From assembly GCA_963717045.1 (NCBI GenBank), contig CAVQVD010000003.1:9650-73649 (forward strand): a stretch of DNA of 64,000 nt, given 5' to 3'. The DNA comes from an uncultured delta proteobacterium. GTDB taxonomy: Bacteria; Desulfobacterota; Binatia; Binatales; Binataceae. Of this stretch, positions 20,169 to 29,833 are shown piece by piece; the first letter of the stretch is position 1; each line of letters opens with the position of its first letter. Under the pieces are notes generated by a model. The model did no database searches. It worked only from the letters and a program-made list of their open reading frames with translations, and was not told the origin of the DNA. Both the position numbers and the translations under genes were made by a program.

Positions 20169-20536
20169 TTCATCAAACCTCAGCCGACCGCTTGAGCACC
20201 ACTTTCGCCGCCCTATCGGATCCTACACGGCGCGCGATCCTGGCGCGGCTCGCCGCCGGCCAGACCACAGTCACCGATCTCGCCGCGCCGTTTGAGATGA
20301 GCCTTCCCGCGATCTCCAAGCATCTGAAGGTCCTGGAGGGCGCCGGCCTGATCGCGCGCAGCCGCGATGCGCAGTGGCGGCCGTGCCGGCTCGAGGCGGG
20401 TCCGCTCAAGGACGCAGCCGCCTTTCTGGAACGCTATCGCCGTTTCTGGGAGCAGAGCCTCGATCGCCTGGAGGAGTACTTGCGCGAGCTGCAAACGACA
20501 ACCAAGGAGAAGAAGAAAAATGGCCGCAAGAAATAG
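20165..20536 (+). CDS. ArsR/SmtB-family transcriptional regulator
   Basis: FAALSDPTRRAILARL, SLPAISKHLKVLEGAGLI. Confidence 0.93.
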   Translation: MVHQTSADRLSTTFAALSDPTRRAILARLAAGQTTVTDLAAPFEMSLPAISKHLKVLEGAGLIARSRDAQWRPCRLEAGPLKDAAAFLERYRRFWEQSLDRLEEYLRELQTTTKEKKKNGRKK

Positions 20537-21020
20537 CGCCGCCACTGAATCGGCGGAGCGCGAACTCGTCATCACGCGGGTCCTTGATGCGCCGCGCGAC
20601 CTGGTGTTCAAGGCCTGGACCGAGCCCGAGCACCTGGCCCGCTGGTGGGGGCCGCAGGGCTTCACCTTGCCCTCCTGCCAGATGGACGTCCGTCCGGGCG
20701 GCGCGTTTCGGTTTTGCATGCGCTCGCCCGAAGGCGCCGACCATTGGCTGCGGGGTGTCTATCGAGAAATTGTCGAGCCGGAACGACTGGTCTGCACCTG
20801 GGCCTGGGAGGAAGCGGAGTTGCCACTGCCGTCGGATAGGGGCACCACCTACAAACCGGGTCATGAAACGCTGCTTACCGTGAGCTTCGCCGAGCATGGC
20901 GGAAAGACCAGGCTGACTCTGCATCAGGCGGTCTTCGACACGGTCACGGCGCGCGACGCGCATCAGAGCGGCTGGGCCAGCGGCCTCGATCGCCTCGCCG
21001 AATACGTGGCCTCGATCTGA
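20520..21020 (+). CDS. SRPBCC/AHSA1-domain protein
   Basis: LVITRVLDAPRDLVFKAWT, WWGP, DVRPGG, GW...LDRLAEY. Confidence 0.92.
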   Translation: MAARNSAATESAERELVITRVLDAPRDLVFKAWTEPEHLARWWGPQGFTLPSCQMDVRPGGAFRFCMRSPEGADHWLRGVYREIVEPERLVCTWAWEEAELPLPSDRGTTYKPGHETLLTVSFAEHGGKTRLTLHQAVFDTVTARDAHQSGWASGLDRLAEYVASI

Positions 21021-21064
21021 CGGAAATCGAAAGCGATTCATTTACGGCGGAAGGGAACTGCGCC

Positions 21065-21974
21065 ATGGAAGGTCCGCAGGAATACTACAAGCAGCATGGT
21101 CCGATGACCTCGATGGGCACGGGAGCGATAGAGCTCGACGCGCTGCCCAAAGACGTCGAATCGTTGTGCAAAGTCATACAGGGCGTGCTGATTCATCGCG
21201 ACCTGGCGGCAGTCGCCTATGATGTGACGTTTTCCGAACAGCGAAAGAGTGACGCGCATATACGTCCGATCCGCGATGTGCTCGCACGGATTCGTATGCT
21301 CGACGCTCGCCCACTGAGCGTCCCACGCGCACCGAGCGCTCGGATGGTCGGCGTCTGCCGTCATTTTTCGCTGATGCTATGTGCAATCCTTCGCGGCCAG
21401 GGAGTTCCCACTCGCACGCGATGCGGTTTTGATACTTACTTCACCCCGGGCAAGTTCGAAGACCATTGGCTATGCGAATACTGGAACGCCGGGCAGTCGC
21501 GCTGGATCTTAGTGGACGCGCAATTGGACGCAGTGCAGCGAAATCTGCTCCGTCCTGATTTCGATCCGCTCGACGTCTCCACGCGATCGCTTTCTCATTG
21601 CCGGCGAAGCATGGCGGATGTGTCGTACCGGCCGCAAAGAAGCGGATCGTTTCGGCTTGTCATTCATGCCTGGGCTTAGCGGGATGTGGTTCATCGCGGG
21701 CAACCTGCTGCGCGATCTCGCGTCGCTCAATCGTATGGAATTGCTGCCGTGGGACGTATGGGGCCTGATGCAAATGACCGACGCGGGTCTGCTCGAAGAG
21801 AAGGGGGCGCTGCTCGATCGGATCGCCGCCCTGACGCTCGCCGGAGACAGCGCGTTCGCCGAGGTCCGCGCGATCTATGAGGACGATCGCCTGCGCGTGC
21901 CGCCGGCGGTGTTCAACGCGCTGCGGAATGCGCCCGAAACGATCGAAGGTTCACCCTCCTACGAACGCTCGTGA
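21065..21974 (+). pseudogene. Transglutaminase-like domain protein, frameshifted in this assembly (probable sequencing error)
   Basis: Cys-His-Asp triad motifs GVCRHF, EDHW, LVDAQ. Removing T21578 gives PLDV-PRDRFLIAGEAW and joins the downstream ORF (ELLPWDVWG). Span is 910 nt (3n+1). Confidence 0.82.
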
Positions 21975-21982
21975 GGACTTAT

Positions 21983-22285
21983 ATGCGCAACAGTAGAGAT
22001 CATCTCGGCGCCCGCTTCGAGGTGTGGACCGGCGAATCGACCTGGTTCTGGCATGTGTTCAATCCACATAACAATGGCGGCGCCGTCGGGGTGGCCGCGA
22101 CCGAGGCCGACGCGATACGCGAGGCCTGCATGGCAATTGAAGAAAGATGCACGTCAAGCTGCGAAACAACGTCATCTGCGCGCCTTATTATTGATTTGTT
22201 TTTCGAGCCAATCATGGGGCGGCGAGCGCGTCGGATCTGGACCAGCAGTCTCGAGCGTCTCGCCGAATACGTGGCGACCGCCTAA
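21983..22285 (+). CDS. Small hypothetical protein ending in an SRPBCC-like C-terminal helix
   Basis: GAGGA upstream of ATG 21983. C-terminus WTSSLERLAEYVATA parallels the SRPBCC end WASGLDRLAEYVASI. Confidence 0.55.
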   Translation: MRNSRDHLGARFEVWTGESTWFWHVFNPHNNGGAVGVAATEADAIREACMAIEERCTSSCETTSSARLIIDLFFEPIMGRRARRIWTSSLERLAEYVATA

Positions 22286-22343
22286 GCGAAGCGTGTAGTT
22301 TTTTTGGATTTTTTTATCGGAAATCGACTACAGGAGCGACACG

Positions 22344-22754
22344 ATGCAATTGAATCCCTATCTCTACTTCAACGGTCAATGCGAGACGGCGTTCAAATTC
22401 TACGAGCGATGCCTCGGCGGAAAAATCGTGAGGATGCTCGCGCACGAGGGAACGCCGGCGGCGGAGCAGGTGCCACCCGAGTGGCATAAGAAAATCCTGC
22501 ACGCCCGCCTCGTTGTGGGTGACACAATATTGATGGGTTCCGACGCCCCGCCGGGGCGCCAACAGGAAATGAAAGGCTTCTCAGTAACTCTCGGGGTAGA
22601 CGATCCCGCAGAGGCGGAACGCATATTTCACGCGTTGGCGGAAAAGGGGACGGTGCACATGCCGATCGGGAAGACGTTCTGGGCCGAAAGGTTCGGCATG
22701 CTGGTGGATCAATTCGGCACACCGTGGATGATTAACTGCGAGCCGGCCGCCTGA
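22344..22754 (+). CDS. VOC family protein (PhnB/YjdN-like)
   Basis: LNPYLYFNG, LMGSD, FWAERFGMLVDQFGTPWMIN. AGGAG RBS. Confidence 0.92.
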   Translation: MQLNPYLYFNGQCETAFKFYERCLGGKIVRMLAHEGTPAAEQVPPEWHKKILHARLVVGDTILMGSDAPPGRQQEMKGFSVTLGVDDPAEAERIFHALAEKGTVHMPIGKTFWAERFGMLVDQFGTPWMINCEPAA

Positions 22755-22857
22755 CCTAGTTCATAAACGATGGCGATGACTTAAGCGGAAATCAACGCGG
22801 CGCGACTGGACAAGTTCATTTGTTTGAGTCGGATTTCTGCGAGGTCCGGAGGGCATC

Positions 22858-23985
22858 ATGACCACTGACGCGAAGCTCTCGCCCAAAGCTGGCGACGTGC
22901 TGCTGATGGTCGGAACCGTCAAGGGCGTGTTCATTTTACTGAGCGATCGGGGACGCGGCGGTTTCAAAATGTCCGGGCCCCATTTTCCCGGACAGTCGGT
23001 CTGGTCGGCGGCCTTCATCGGCAATGGTGCGTCGCGCAGCAATGGTACGCCGCGAATGATCGTCGGCAACAAGAGCAATCACTGGGGCGCGATGGTCAGT
23101 TGGTCCGACGACTTCGGCGCCACATGGAACGAACCGACCGAAGGCAATATCAAGTTTCCCAAGGGCAGCGGTGTATCGCTCAATGCGATCTGGGCGCTCG
23201 AGGCCGCGACCGCGCTGGGACCCGAAGTGGTGCTGGCCGGAGTCGATCCGGCGGCGATGTTTCGCTCGGATGATCGCGGAGAGACGTTTCGGCTGAACGA
23301 GCCGCTGTTCAATCATCCCGACCGCCCGAAATGGAATCCCGGTTTCGGCGGACTATGCCTGCACTCGCTCCTCGTTCATCCGCGGGATCCCAAGCGCATG
23401 TACGCCGCAATCTCGTCTGGAGGAATCTATCGCAGCGACGACGGCGGCGATTCCTGGAGTCCATGCGTCAACGGCCTGCGGGTGCATCCGGATGTTCCCG
23501 GCGCGACGCTGTGTCCGCACAAGCTGCGGTTCGATCCCGAGGACCCCTCGCGCATGTATCTGCAAAATCATCCTGGAGTCTATCGCACGGACAACGAAGC
23601 GCGTTCGTGGGTGACGATCGAAAATGGACTGCCGTCGGATTTCGGTTTTCCGATGGTGGCGCATCCGCGCCGCGGCGGAACGATCTATACGTTTCCGTTG
23701 ACGTCGGACGAATTCCGGGTGCCGCGCGATGGAGCGCCCAAAGTCTGGCGCTCGCGCGACGCCGGCACTTCGTGGGAGCCGCTCGGCAAGGGTCTTCCCG
23801 ATCGGAACGGATTCTTCACCGTGCTTCGCGACGCGTTCTCCGCGGACACGCTCGACCCCGCCGGCCTCTACTTCGGCACCCGCGGCGGTCAGCTTTACGG
23901 ATCGAACGACGAAGGCGAGAGCTGGCGCACACTAGCGGAATTCCTGCCGCCGATCCTGTGCGTCAAGACGGCGGTCGTGGCTTAG
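22858..23985 (+). CDS. BNR/Asp-box beta-propeller protein (sialidase/Ycf48-like fold), no signal peptide
   Basis: Asp boxes SDDFGATW, SDDRGETF, SDDGGDSW, SRDAGTSW, SNDEGESW. Also GGLCLH and SDFGFP. Confidence 0.88.
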   Translation: MTTDAKLSPKAGDVLLMVGTVKGVFILLSDRGRGGFKMSGPHFPGQSVWSAAFIGNGASRSNGTPRMIVGNKSNHWGAMVSWSDDFGATWNEPTEGNIKFPKGSGVSLNAIWALEAATALGPEVVLAGVDPAAMFRSDDRGETFRLNEPLFNHPDRPKWNPGFGGLCLHSLLVHPRDPKRMYAAISSGGIYRSDDGGDSWSPCVNGLRVHPDVPGATLCPHKLRFDPEDPSRMYLQNHPGVYRTDNEARSWVTIENGLPSDFGFPMVAHPRRGGTIYTFPLTSDEFRVPRDGAPKVWRSRDAGTSWEPLGKGLPDRNGFFTVLRDAFSADTLDPAGLYFGTRGGQLYGSNDEGESWRTLAEFLPPILCVKTAVVA

Positions 23986-23987
23986 CG

Positions 23988-24281
23988 ATGCGCATACATA
24001 TTCCGGCGGCGCTCCGCAGATGGACCGACGGCCGCGAAGTGATCGAACTGCCGCTTGCGGCCGCAACGCACATCACTGCCGCAGACGTTATCGAAGCTCT
24101 CGCGCGCGAGCATCCGGGTATCCGCGACCGCGTGCTCGACGAACAAGGCGAGCTGCGGCGCCACGTGAATATCTTCATCGATGGCGAAAACGCGCGCTTT
24201 GCGGGTGGGCTCGCGGCCCCGGTCGGTGCCGACTCAGAGATGTGGATCCATCCCGCGCTGTCGGGCGGCGCGCACGCCTGA
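23988..24281 (+). CDS. MoaD/ThiS-family ubiquitin-like protein with the GG motif masked by an Ala-His-Ala extension
   Basis: IHIPAALR...HPGIRDRVLDEQGELRRHVNIFIDGE...PALSGGAHA*. Starts 2 nt after the BNR stop. Confidence 0.88.
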   Translation: MRIHIPAALRRWTDGREVIELPLAAATHITAADVIEALAREHPGIRDRVLDEQGELRRHVNIFIDGENARFAGGLAAPVGADSEMWIHPALSGGAHA

Positions 24282-24381
24282 TTGCCGCTTGTCATGCGAC
24301 CGACTGCGTAATCCCGCAACTGCGTAATCCAGCCATCTGAATGATTGATGGCATTTTGGCCGGCTGCTCAGCCGATGGCGC

Positions 24382-25305
24382 TCAGAAAATCGCCACCGGA
24401 TTTACCGGCGACGCCGTCCCGCGCTCCAGTATGAGCGGAAGCATCGTGAACATGAACTCGTAACGCGCGCTGCGCCCGCAGGCGGCGCCCAGCGCGTCGA
24501 GGTCGGCGTTGTCGATAAGATGCACGCCCATCGCCACCAGCATCCCGACATGGATCGGAAAAATCAGTTCGTTGCCATAACCGGTCGGAAGCACGTCGCT
24601 CACTCCGTCGCACCCCAGGACCGCGATTCGCCGCTCGTGGAGCCACGGCAGGCAACTCGGATCGAGACCCGCCATCCCCTCGTTGCGGCTGTCCCACGCG
24701 CCGAGCTTTTTCTGCCGCGCCATCCGGCCCGTCCGGATCAGCAACACGTCGCCTTCATCGACGCGCACGCGATGCGCGCGTTCGGCGGCGTCGAGGTCCT
24801 CGGGAAAGACGCGCTCACCGAGTTCCATCCATTCGACATTCTTAAGCCGCGCGATGTCGAGCAGCACGCCGCGGCTGACGATGCCGTCGCGCGCCACGTC
24901 GATTCCGCACTTACGCGTGCCCCAGCGTCCGACCTCGCTCGAGCTGAAGCCGTTGTACATTTTGCGCTCCCAAAAGACGTGGCAGAGCGCGTCGAGATGA
25001 GTGAAGGCCATCCCGTGCGGCGCGATCGCAAAGTAGTCCAGCGCAGCAGCCAGTCCCGGCCCCGAGTAGAGCATCACGTGCGTGACCGGCGTCGGATTGT
25101 CTGGTCCCGACGTGGTCGCGAGCGGTAGCGCCATCGAGACTGTCTCGCCGCTTTGCACCAGGCGGCCCGCGGCCGCGCGCTTTTGCGGCGTGATGAAGTT
25201 GAGCGCGCCACGCTCGTCGTCCTTGCCCCAGCGGCCCCAGTTGCTGAGTTTCTCGAACAGACCCTTCACTTCGACAGCGCTGAGCCTGGGTGTGGTAGTG
25301 CCCAT
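24382..25305 (-). CDS. Cyclase family protein (kynurenine formamidase-like metal hydrolase)
   Basis: NWGRWGKDDERGALN, HGMAFTHLDALCH, GVLLD, LIRTG, SPVNPVA. Confidence 0.9.
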   Translation of the reverse strand: MGTTTPRLSAVEVKGLFEKLSNWGRWGKDDERGALNFITPQKRAAAGRLVQSGETVSMALPLATTSGPDNPTPVTHVMLYSGPGLAAALDYFAIAPHGMAFTHLDALCHVFWERKMYNGFSSSEVGRWGTRKCGIDVARDGIVSRGVLLDIARLKNVEWMELGERVFPEDLDAAERAHRVRVDEGDVLLIRTGRMARQKKLGAWDSRNEGMAGLDPSCLPWLHERRIAVLGCDGVSDVLPTGYGNELIFPIHVGMLVAMGVHLIDNADLDALGAACGRSARYEFMFTMLPLILERGTASPVNPVAIF

Positions 25306-25455
25306 CGTCTCTCTCCCGAATCGATTTGCGAGTATGTCAGCCCAATAGCACGCGCATGATGAAACCGCCTAGCAGGCACGCAAGATGATATGATTGTGGA
25401 TAACGGCCGACCAGGCAAAAGGCGCACGCCGGCACGCGCGGGAGTTTCACAAATT

Positions 25456-26997
25456 TTGACTAATAGAGATATCGACGCGGCGCGAACCTATCACGCGACG
25501 ACCAAACATTCGTACACCAGCGTGCGGACGGACGGGCATCATCTCGATTGGGACAACCGCCCGATGCCATACAAACTCTATCCCGAGGTGGCGGGACTCG
25601 CGCTGCCGCGCGATTTAAGCCTCGCGCGAATTCCGACGCTGGAAGCAATCGCGGGCGGAGAGCCGTGGAAGACGAGCGGCTACGACAGCGAGCTTACTCT
25701 CGAGGCGCTGACGCGGATCCTGTTCTGCGCCGACGGACTCACACGGCGCACCCGAGTTGGCGGCGAGGACTATCATTTTCGGGCCGCGCCGTCGGCGGGC
25801 GCGCTTTACCCGATCGAGATCTACGCCGCCGTGGCCGAAACGCACGAACTCGAGCAGGGGCTTTACCATTTCTCACCGGCCGACCTGCGCCTGCGCGGGC
25901 TTCGGCGCGGCGACTGGCGCGGAATGATCGCGCGCGCCGCGGCGGATCGCCCCTCGTTGCTACAGGCCCGCGCGGTGCTCGTGCTGAGCGCAATATTCTG
26001 GCGCAGTACGTGGAAGTATCGCGCTCGGGCCTACCGCTACTGTTTTTGGGACGCCGGTACGATGCTCGCCAATTTGCTTGCGGCCGCAGCAGCCGAGGGC
26101 CTTTCCACAGAGCTGGTCACCGCGTTTGCCGACCCGGAGATAGAGGCACTGCTCGGGATCGATGGTGAACGCGAGGGTGCGCTATGCCTGGTCGCGCTGG
26201 GAAGTGGCGCCCCCGCGCCCAGCGCCGAGCCGGAACTGCGGCCACTCGCCCTGGAAACGATTGCGCTCTCGCGCGAGGAGGTGAGCTATCCGGACCTGGT
26301 GCGGATGCATCAGGCGTCACGATTACACGATCCCGAGGAAGTGGCCGCCGTCGTGGCCGCCGGCATGCGTGTCGATTCGACGATGCCGCCGTTGTCGCCC
26401 ACGGCAATTTCGGTTAAGCCCGAGCTCCTGGATCCAAAAACCGCGGGCCTGAGCCTCGGTGAGACGATTCTAAGACGCGGATCGACGCGAGTATTCGCGC
26501 GCAAGCCAATCACCGCCGAGGAATTGGCGACGATCATGGCCGCTTCGAGCCACCACCCGAGAGCCGATTTCCCGCCGCTCAGCGACACCTACCTGATCGT
26601 GAACGCCGCCGACGGGATGGAGCCGGGGGCATACTATTACCGGCGGCAAAGCGGCGAGTTCGAGTTGCTCAAGGCCGGCAATTTCCGCCGCGAGGCCGGC
26701 TACCTTTGTCTCGAACAGCCGCTCGGCGCCGACTGTTCAGTACTGGTCTGTTACATGGCCAACCTCGAGCGCGGACTCGGCGCGCTTGGCAATCGCGCGT
26801 ACCGCGACGCCCATCTGGAAGCCGGATTGCACGGCGGCCGGGTTTACCTTGCGGCCTATGCGCTGGGACGCGGCGCGACCGGACTGACTTTTTACGACGA
26901 CGATACGACGGATTTTTTTTCGCCGCACGCGGCCGGTAAGAGCCCGCTCCTGATGGTGGCAATTGGCGTTCCGCGCTCGTCCGAGGACGAACCCTAA
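25456..26997 (+). CDS. SagB/ThcOx-family FMN-dependent dehydrogenase with two nitroreductase domains
   Basis: RAAPSAGALYPIEIY, WKYRARAYRY..WDAG, second domain RRGSTR...GATGLTFYDD. GGAG followed by TTG at 25456. Confidence 0.9.
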   Translation: MTNRDIDAARTYHATTKHSYTSVRTDGHHLDWDNRPMPYKLYPEVAGLALPRDLSLARIPTLEAIAGGEPWKTSGYDSELTLEALTRILFCADGLTRRTRVGGEDYHFRAAPSAGALYPIEIYAAVAETHELEQGLYHFSPADLRLRGLRRGDWRGMIARAAADRPSLLQARAVLVLSAIFWRSTWKYRARAYRYCFWDAGTMLANLLAAAAAEGLSTELVTAFADPEIEALLGIDGEREGALCLVALGSGAPAPSAEPELRPLALETIALSREEVSYPDLVRMHQASRLHDPEEVAAVVAAGMRVDSTMPPLSPTAISVKPELLDPKTAGLSLGETILRRGSTRVFARKPITAEELATIMAASSHHPRADFPPLSDTYLIVNAADGMEPGAYYYRRQSGEFELLKAGNFRREAGYLCLEQPLGADCSVLVCYMANLERGLGALGNRAYRDAHLEAGLHGGRVYLAAYALGRGATGLTFYDDDTTDFFSPHAAGKSPLLMVAIGVPRSSEDEP

Positions 26998-27035
26998 CTG
27001 TTAAGCCGCGCTACGCGCCTTCGGTGCAGGCCCTG

Positions 27036-27701
27036 TTACTTTCGCGGCGCGCGAGCGATCGTTGCGACCGCGGCTTCAACCGCCGCCGTCATCAACTCCA
27101 GTGTCATGCTCGGGGCCTGGCGATGCCGCACCGCCTGGCCTGCGGCGTAGGGCAGGTGAATGAACCCTGCCGCTACCTCGGGCCGCGCACGCAACGCATC
27201 AAGCATCGCGTACATCACGGCATTGCAGACGTACGCGCCTGCGCTTAGCGAGAGCGCCGCTGGAATTCCGCGGCGCTCGAGCGCACGCAAGATCGATCGC
27301 AACGGCAGGCGCGCGAAAATCGCGTCGGCGCCGCCCCGCACCACCGGAGTTCCCGCCAGGCCGCCGTCGCTCTCGCGTCCAGCGCGGCGCTCGGCGAGGT
27401 TGATTGCAACCTTCTCCAGCGAAATCGCAGGGCGCCCGCCCGCCTGCCCCAGGCCCAGTACGGCGGACGGCCGCGACCGCCGGATCGCCTCCGCGATTGC
27501 GCGCACCGCGCGCGGCGTGCTGACCGGCAGCCGTACCGCCTTCACTGCCAGGCCACCAATCTCGCGACCGTCCAGCCGCGCGGCGACTTCCCACGAGGGA
27601 TTGCTGCGCTCGCCGCCGAACGGCTCGAAGCCGCTCAGCAGCAACACGCCGCCCTCGCTGCTCGTTCCGGCGCGCCGTGCTTGCAGTCGAGCGCGCTTCA
27701 T
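27036..27701 (-). CDS. pcp: Pyroglutamyl-peptidase I
   Basis: SGFEPFGG..NPSW, LGLGQAGGR, ISLEKVAIN, SAGAYVCN, GFIHLP. ATGA-coupled to the rhodanese stop. Confidence 0.92.
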   Translation of the reverse strand: MKRARLQARRAGTSSEGGVLLLSGFEPFGGERSNPSWEVAARLDGREIGGLAVKAVRLPVSTPRAVRAIAEAIRRSRPSAVLGLGQAGGRPAISLEKVAINLAERRAGRESDGGLAGTPVVRGGADAIFARLPLRSILRALERRGIPAALSLSAGAYVCNAVMYAMLDALRARPEVAAGFIHLPYAAGQAVRHRQAPSMTLELMTAAVEAAVATIARAPRK

Positions 27702-28516
27702 TTGCGGCGCGGATGCTCGATCGGCAGGTCTTCGCGGTTTCCCCATTCGCCCCACGACCCGATGTAATTACGGACGCGTTCGAAGCCGGCGAGTTTGAGC
27801 GCGTAATATGCGTTGGCCGAGCGGTAGCCGCCCTGGCAATAGGCAATGATCTCGTTCTCAGGACGCAGTCCCAGCCGCTCGAAGGCGGCGCGCAACTCCG
27901 ATGGCTCCTTGAATGCGCCGTTTGCGGCCATATTGTTGACCCAGTCGAGATGCACTGCGCCGGGCAACGCTCCCGCACGCCGCGCACGCACGCGCTCGCC
28001 GAAATATTCCTCGTCGGTGCGGACATCGAAGATCCGTACATCTGCCCGGCCGAGTCGTTCGACCAGGTATTCGTTGGAGGCGGAAATCTCTTCGCGCGGC
28101 GTCGCCAGGAACGCGCTCGGCGTCACTGGCTCGACGACGGTGGTAAGTTCTGCACCCGCCAGTTTCAGGCCGCCGTCGAGAATGCGCACGCGCCGATGGC
28201 CCATGTACTCGGCGAGCCACGCCGTGCGCGTCGCGCGCATCCCTGAATCGTTTTCGTAGACGACCAGCGTCTCGTCGCCGGTGATACCGAGCGCCGAGAA
28301 AATCCATTCGAGCTGCGAGCGAACCTCGTGCATCCCACGCTCGCTGGTATCCGAGTAGTGGAACGGGAACGGATCGAAATGGCGCGCACCACTTAAATGG
28401 CCGGCGCGAAAGTCAGCCGCCGGCCGCGTGTCGATCGGCACCGCGCTTCCCGCTGTGCGCTGCTCGCCGAGCCAGCGCGCGTCAACCAGGATATCGTTCT
28501 GCTCGACAGCCATCAT
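27698..28516 (-). CDS. Tandem-domain rhodanese/sulfurtransferase (SseA-like)
   Basis: DVRTDEEY, GALPGA, active-site YCQGGYRS, YIGSWGEW. Confidence 0.92.
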   Translation of the reverse strand: MMAVEQNDILVDARWLGEQRTAGSAVPIDTRPAADFRAGHLSGARHFDPFPFHYSDTSERGMHEVRSQLEWIFSALGITGDETLVVYENDSGMRATRTAWLAEYMGHRRVRILDGGLKLAGAELTTVVEPVTPSAFLATPREEISASNEYLVERLGRADVRIFDVRTDEEYFGERVRARRAGALPGAVHLDWVNNMAANGAFKEPSELRAAFERLGLRPENEIIAYCQGGYRSANAYYALKLAGFERVRNYIGSWGEWGNREDLPIEHPRRK

Positions 28517-28555
28517 TTCCCTCTCATCGTGCTATTCATCGTTGTAGCGCGGGCA

Positions 28556-29653
28556 CTACGACGATTCGCTCTCTTTGGCCGGCGCCGCAGTGCCGACCGC
28601 CTCCGCGATCGAACTCAGACCGTCGCGTTGCAGCAATTCCAGCAGGCCTTCTTTGATCCTACGCACCACGTCCGGTCCCTCGTAAATCAGTCCCGTATAC
28701 AACTCGACCAGCGTCGCACCCGCGCAAATGAGGCCGTAGGCGTCCTCGGCGGTGAACACTCCGCCAACTCCGATTATCGGAATTCTGGCGCCGACGCGAC
28801 GGCGAATCTCCGCGACCATCGCGGCCGCCCGTTGTTTAAGCGGCGCTCCACTCAGGCCGCCCTCGTGCTCGGTCTGCACGCCCACCGCCGCTCGCGCAGT
28901 CGTCGTATTACAGGCGACCAGCCCGTCGACTCCGGCGGCGGCGACCGCCTCGCAGACCGATGCTAGCACCGGCGCGTTGAGATCGGGCGCGAGCTTGACC
29001 AGCACGGGCCTGCGCGGCGTGAGCTTGACGGCTTCGGCGAGAATCGGACGGAGCAGAGGCGCCAGGCGCGCCGGCGACTGCCAGTCGCGCAGTCCCGGCG
29101 TATTCGGCGAACTGACATTGATCACTATAAAATCGGCCATCGCACCCAGCCGCGCGACCAGCGTTGCATAGTCAGACGCCACGCGCTCCGGCGGCGTATC
29201 TTTGTTGGGACCCAGGTTTAGCCCGAGCCGAATTCTCAATTTTCGCCGGCGTAGGCGCTTAAGCCGGCGCGCCGCCGCGTCCATTCCGGCGCTCGGAAAG
29301 CCAAGCCGGTTCACCAGTGCGCGATGCTCGGGCAGGCGCCACAAGCGGGGTCGCGGATTGCCGGGCTGTGCGAGCGGCGTTATCGTACCCAGTTCGGCAA
29401 AGCCGAAACCCATTGTCTGCCATGCGGCGACTGCGCGAACGTCTTTATCCATACCGGCCGCGAGCCCAAGTGGATTGGAGAAGTGAAGTCCCCACGCAAT
29501 TGTGGCCAGCTCGGGCGCGTCAGGCGCAGGCTTGCCCAGGATCGCGAACGGCCCCAACATCGCGAGCGTCAGCCGATGTGCACGCTCGGCGTCCACATGA
29601 AAAAGCAATGGCCGCAGCACGCGACGGTAGAAGGTCTCGGCGGGCGGCACCAT
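28556..29653 (-). CDS. pyrD: Dihydroorotate dehydrogenase (quinone, class 2)
   Basis: NPLGLAAGMDK, QPGNPRPR, NVSSPNTPGLR, VKLAPD, GGLSG, IIGVGG. The real start is ATG 29653, not the ORF-track start. Confidence 0.95.
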   Translation of the reverse strand: MVPPAETFYRRVLRPLLFHVDAERAHRLTLAMLGPFAILGKPAPDAPELATIAWGLHFSNPLGLAAGMDKDVRAVAAWQTMGFGFAELGTITPLAQPGNPRPRLWRLPEHRALVNRLGFPSAGMDAAARRLKRLRRRKLRIRLGLNLGPNKDTPPERVASDYATLVARLGAMADFIVINVSSPNTPGLRDWQSPARLAPLLRPILAEAVKLTPRRPVLVKLAPDLNAPVLASVCEAVAAAGVDGLVACNTTTARAAVGVQTEHEGGLSGAPLKQRAAAMVAEIRRRVGARIPIIGVGGVFTAEDAYGLICAGATLVELYTGLIYEGPDVVRRIKEGLLELLQRDGLSSIAEAVGTAAPAKESESS

Positions 29654-29833
29654 GAGCGGGAATCTAGGAGGGTCAGCGCTCCCGCGCAACGGCAGGCAGC
29701 AGAGACTTTCTTGGGCGGGTCTTGGGGCAGCCGAACTGTCTGTTGACGGAGTGGATAATGACGCGCTGCGCTGATTACTTCGCTTCGCCGGTAAAATACA
29801 GTGGAAGCTCGATGATGGAGCGATGAAAGAGCG

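Noticed and set aside
24303-24330. ACTGCGTAATCC x2 and other short doublets (about 19994-20028, 30802-30821, 53324-53350) as CRISPR or IS ends
   Set aside because: Only two copies each, no spacers, no cas or transposase genes. Most likely local slippage duplications.
25456-26997. SagB/ThcOx gene as the core of an azole-containing RiPP cluster
   Set aside because: No YcaO, E1-like/RRE protein or Cys/Ser/Thr-rich precursor nearby. It fits the common stand-alone double-nitroreductase type.
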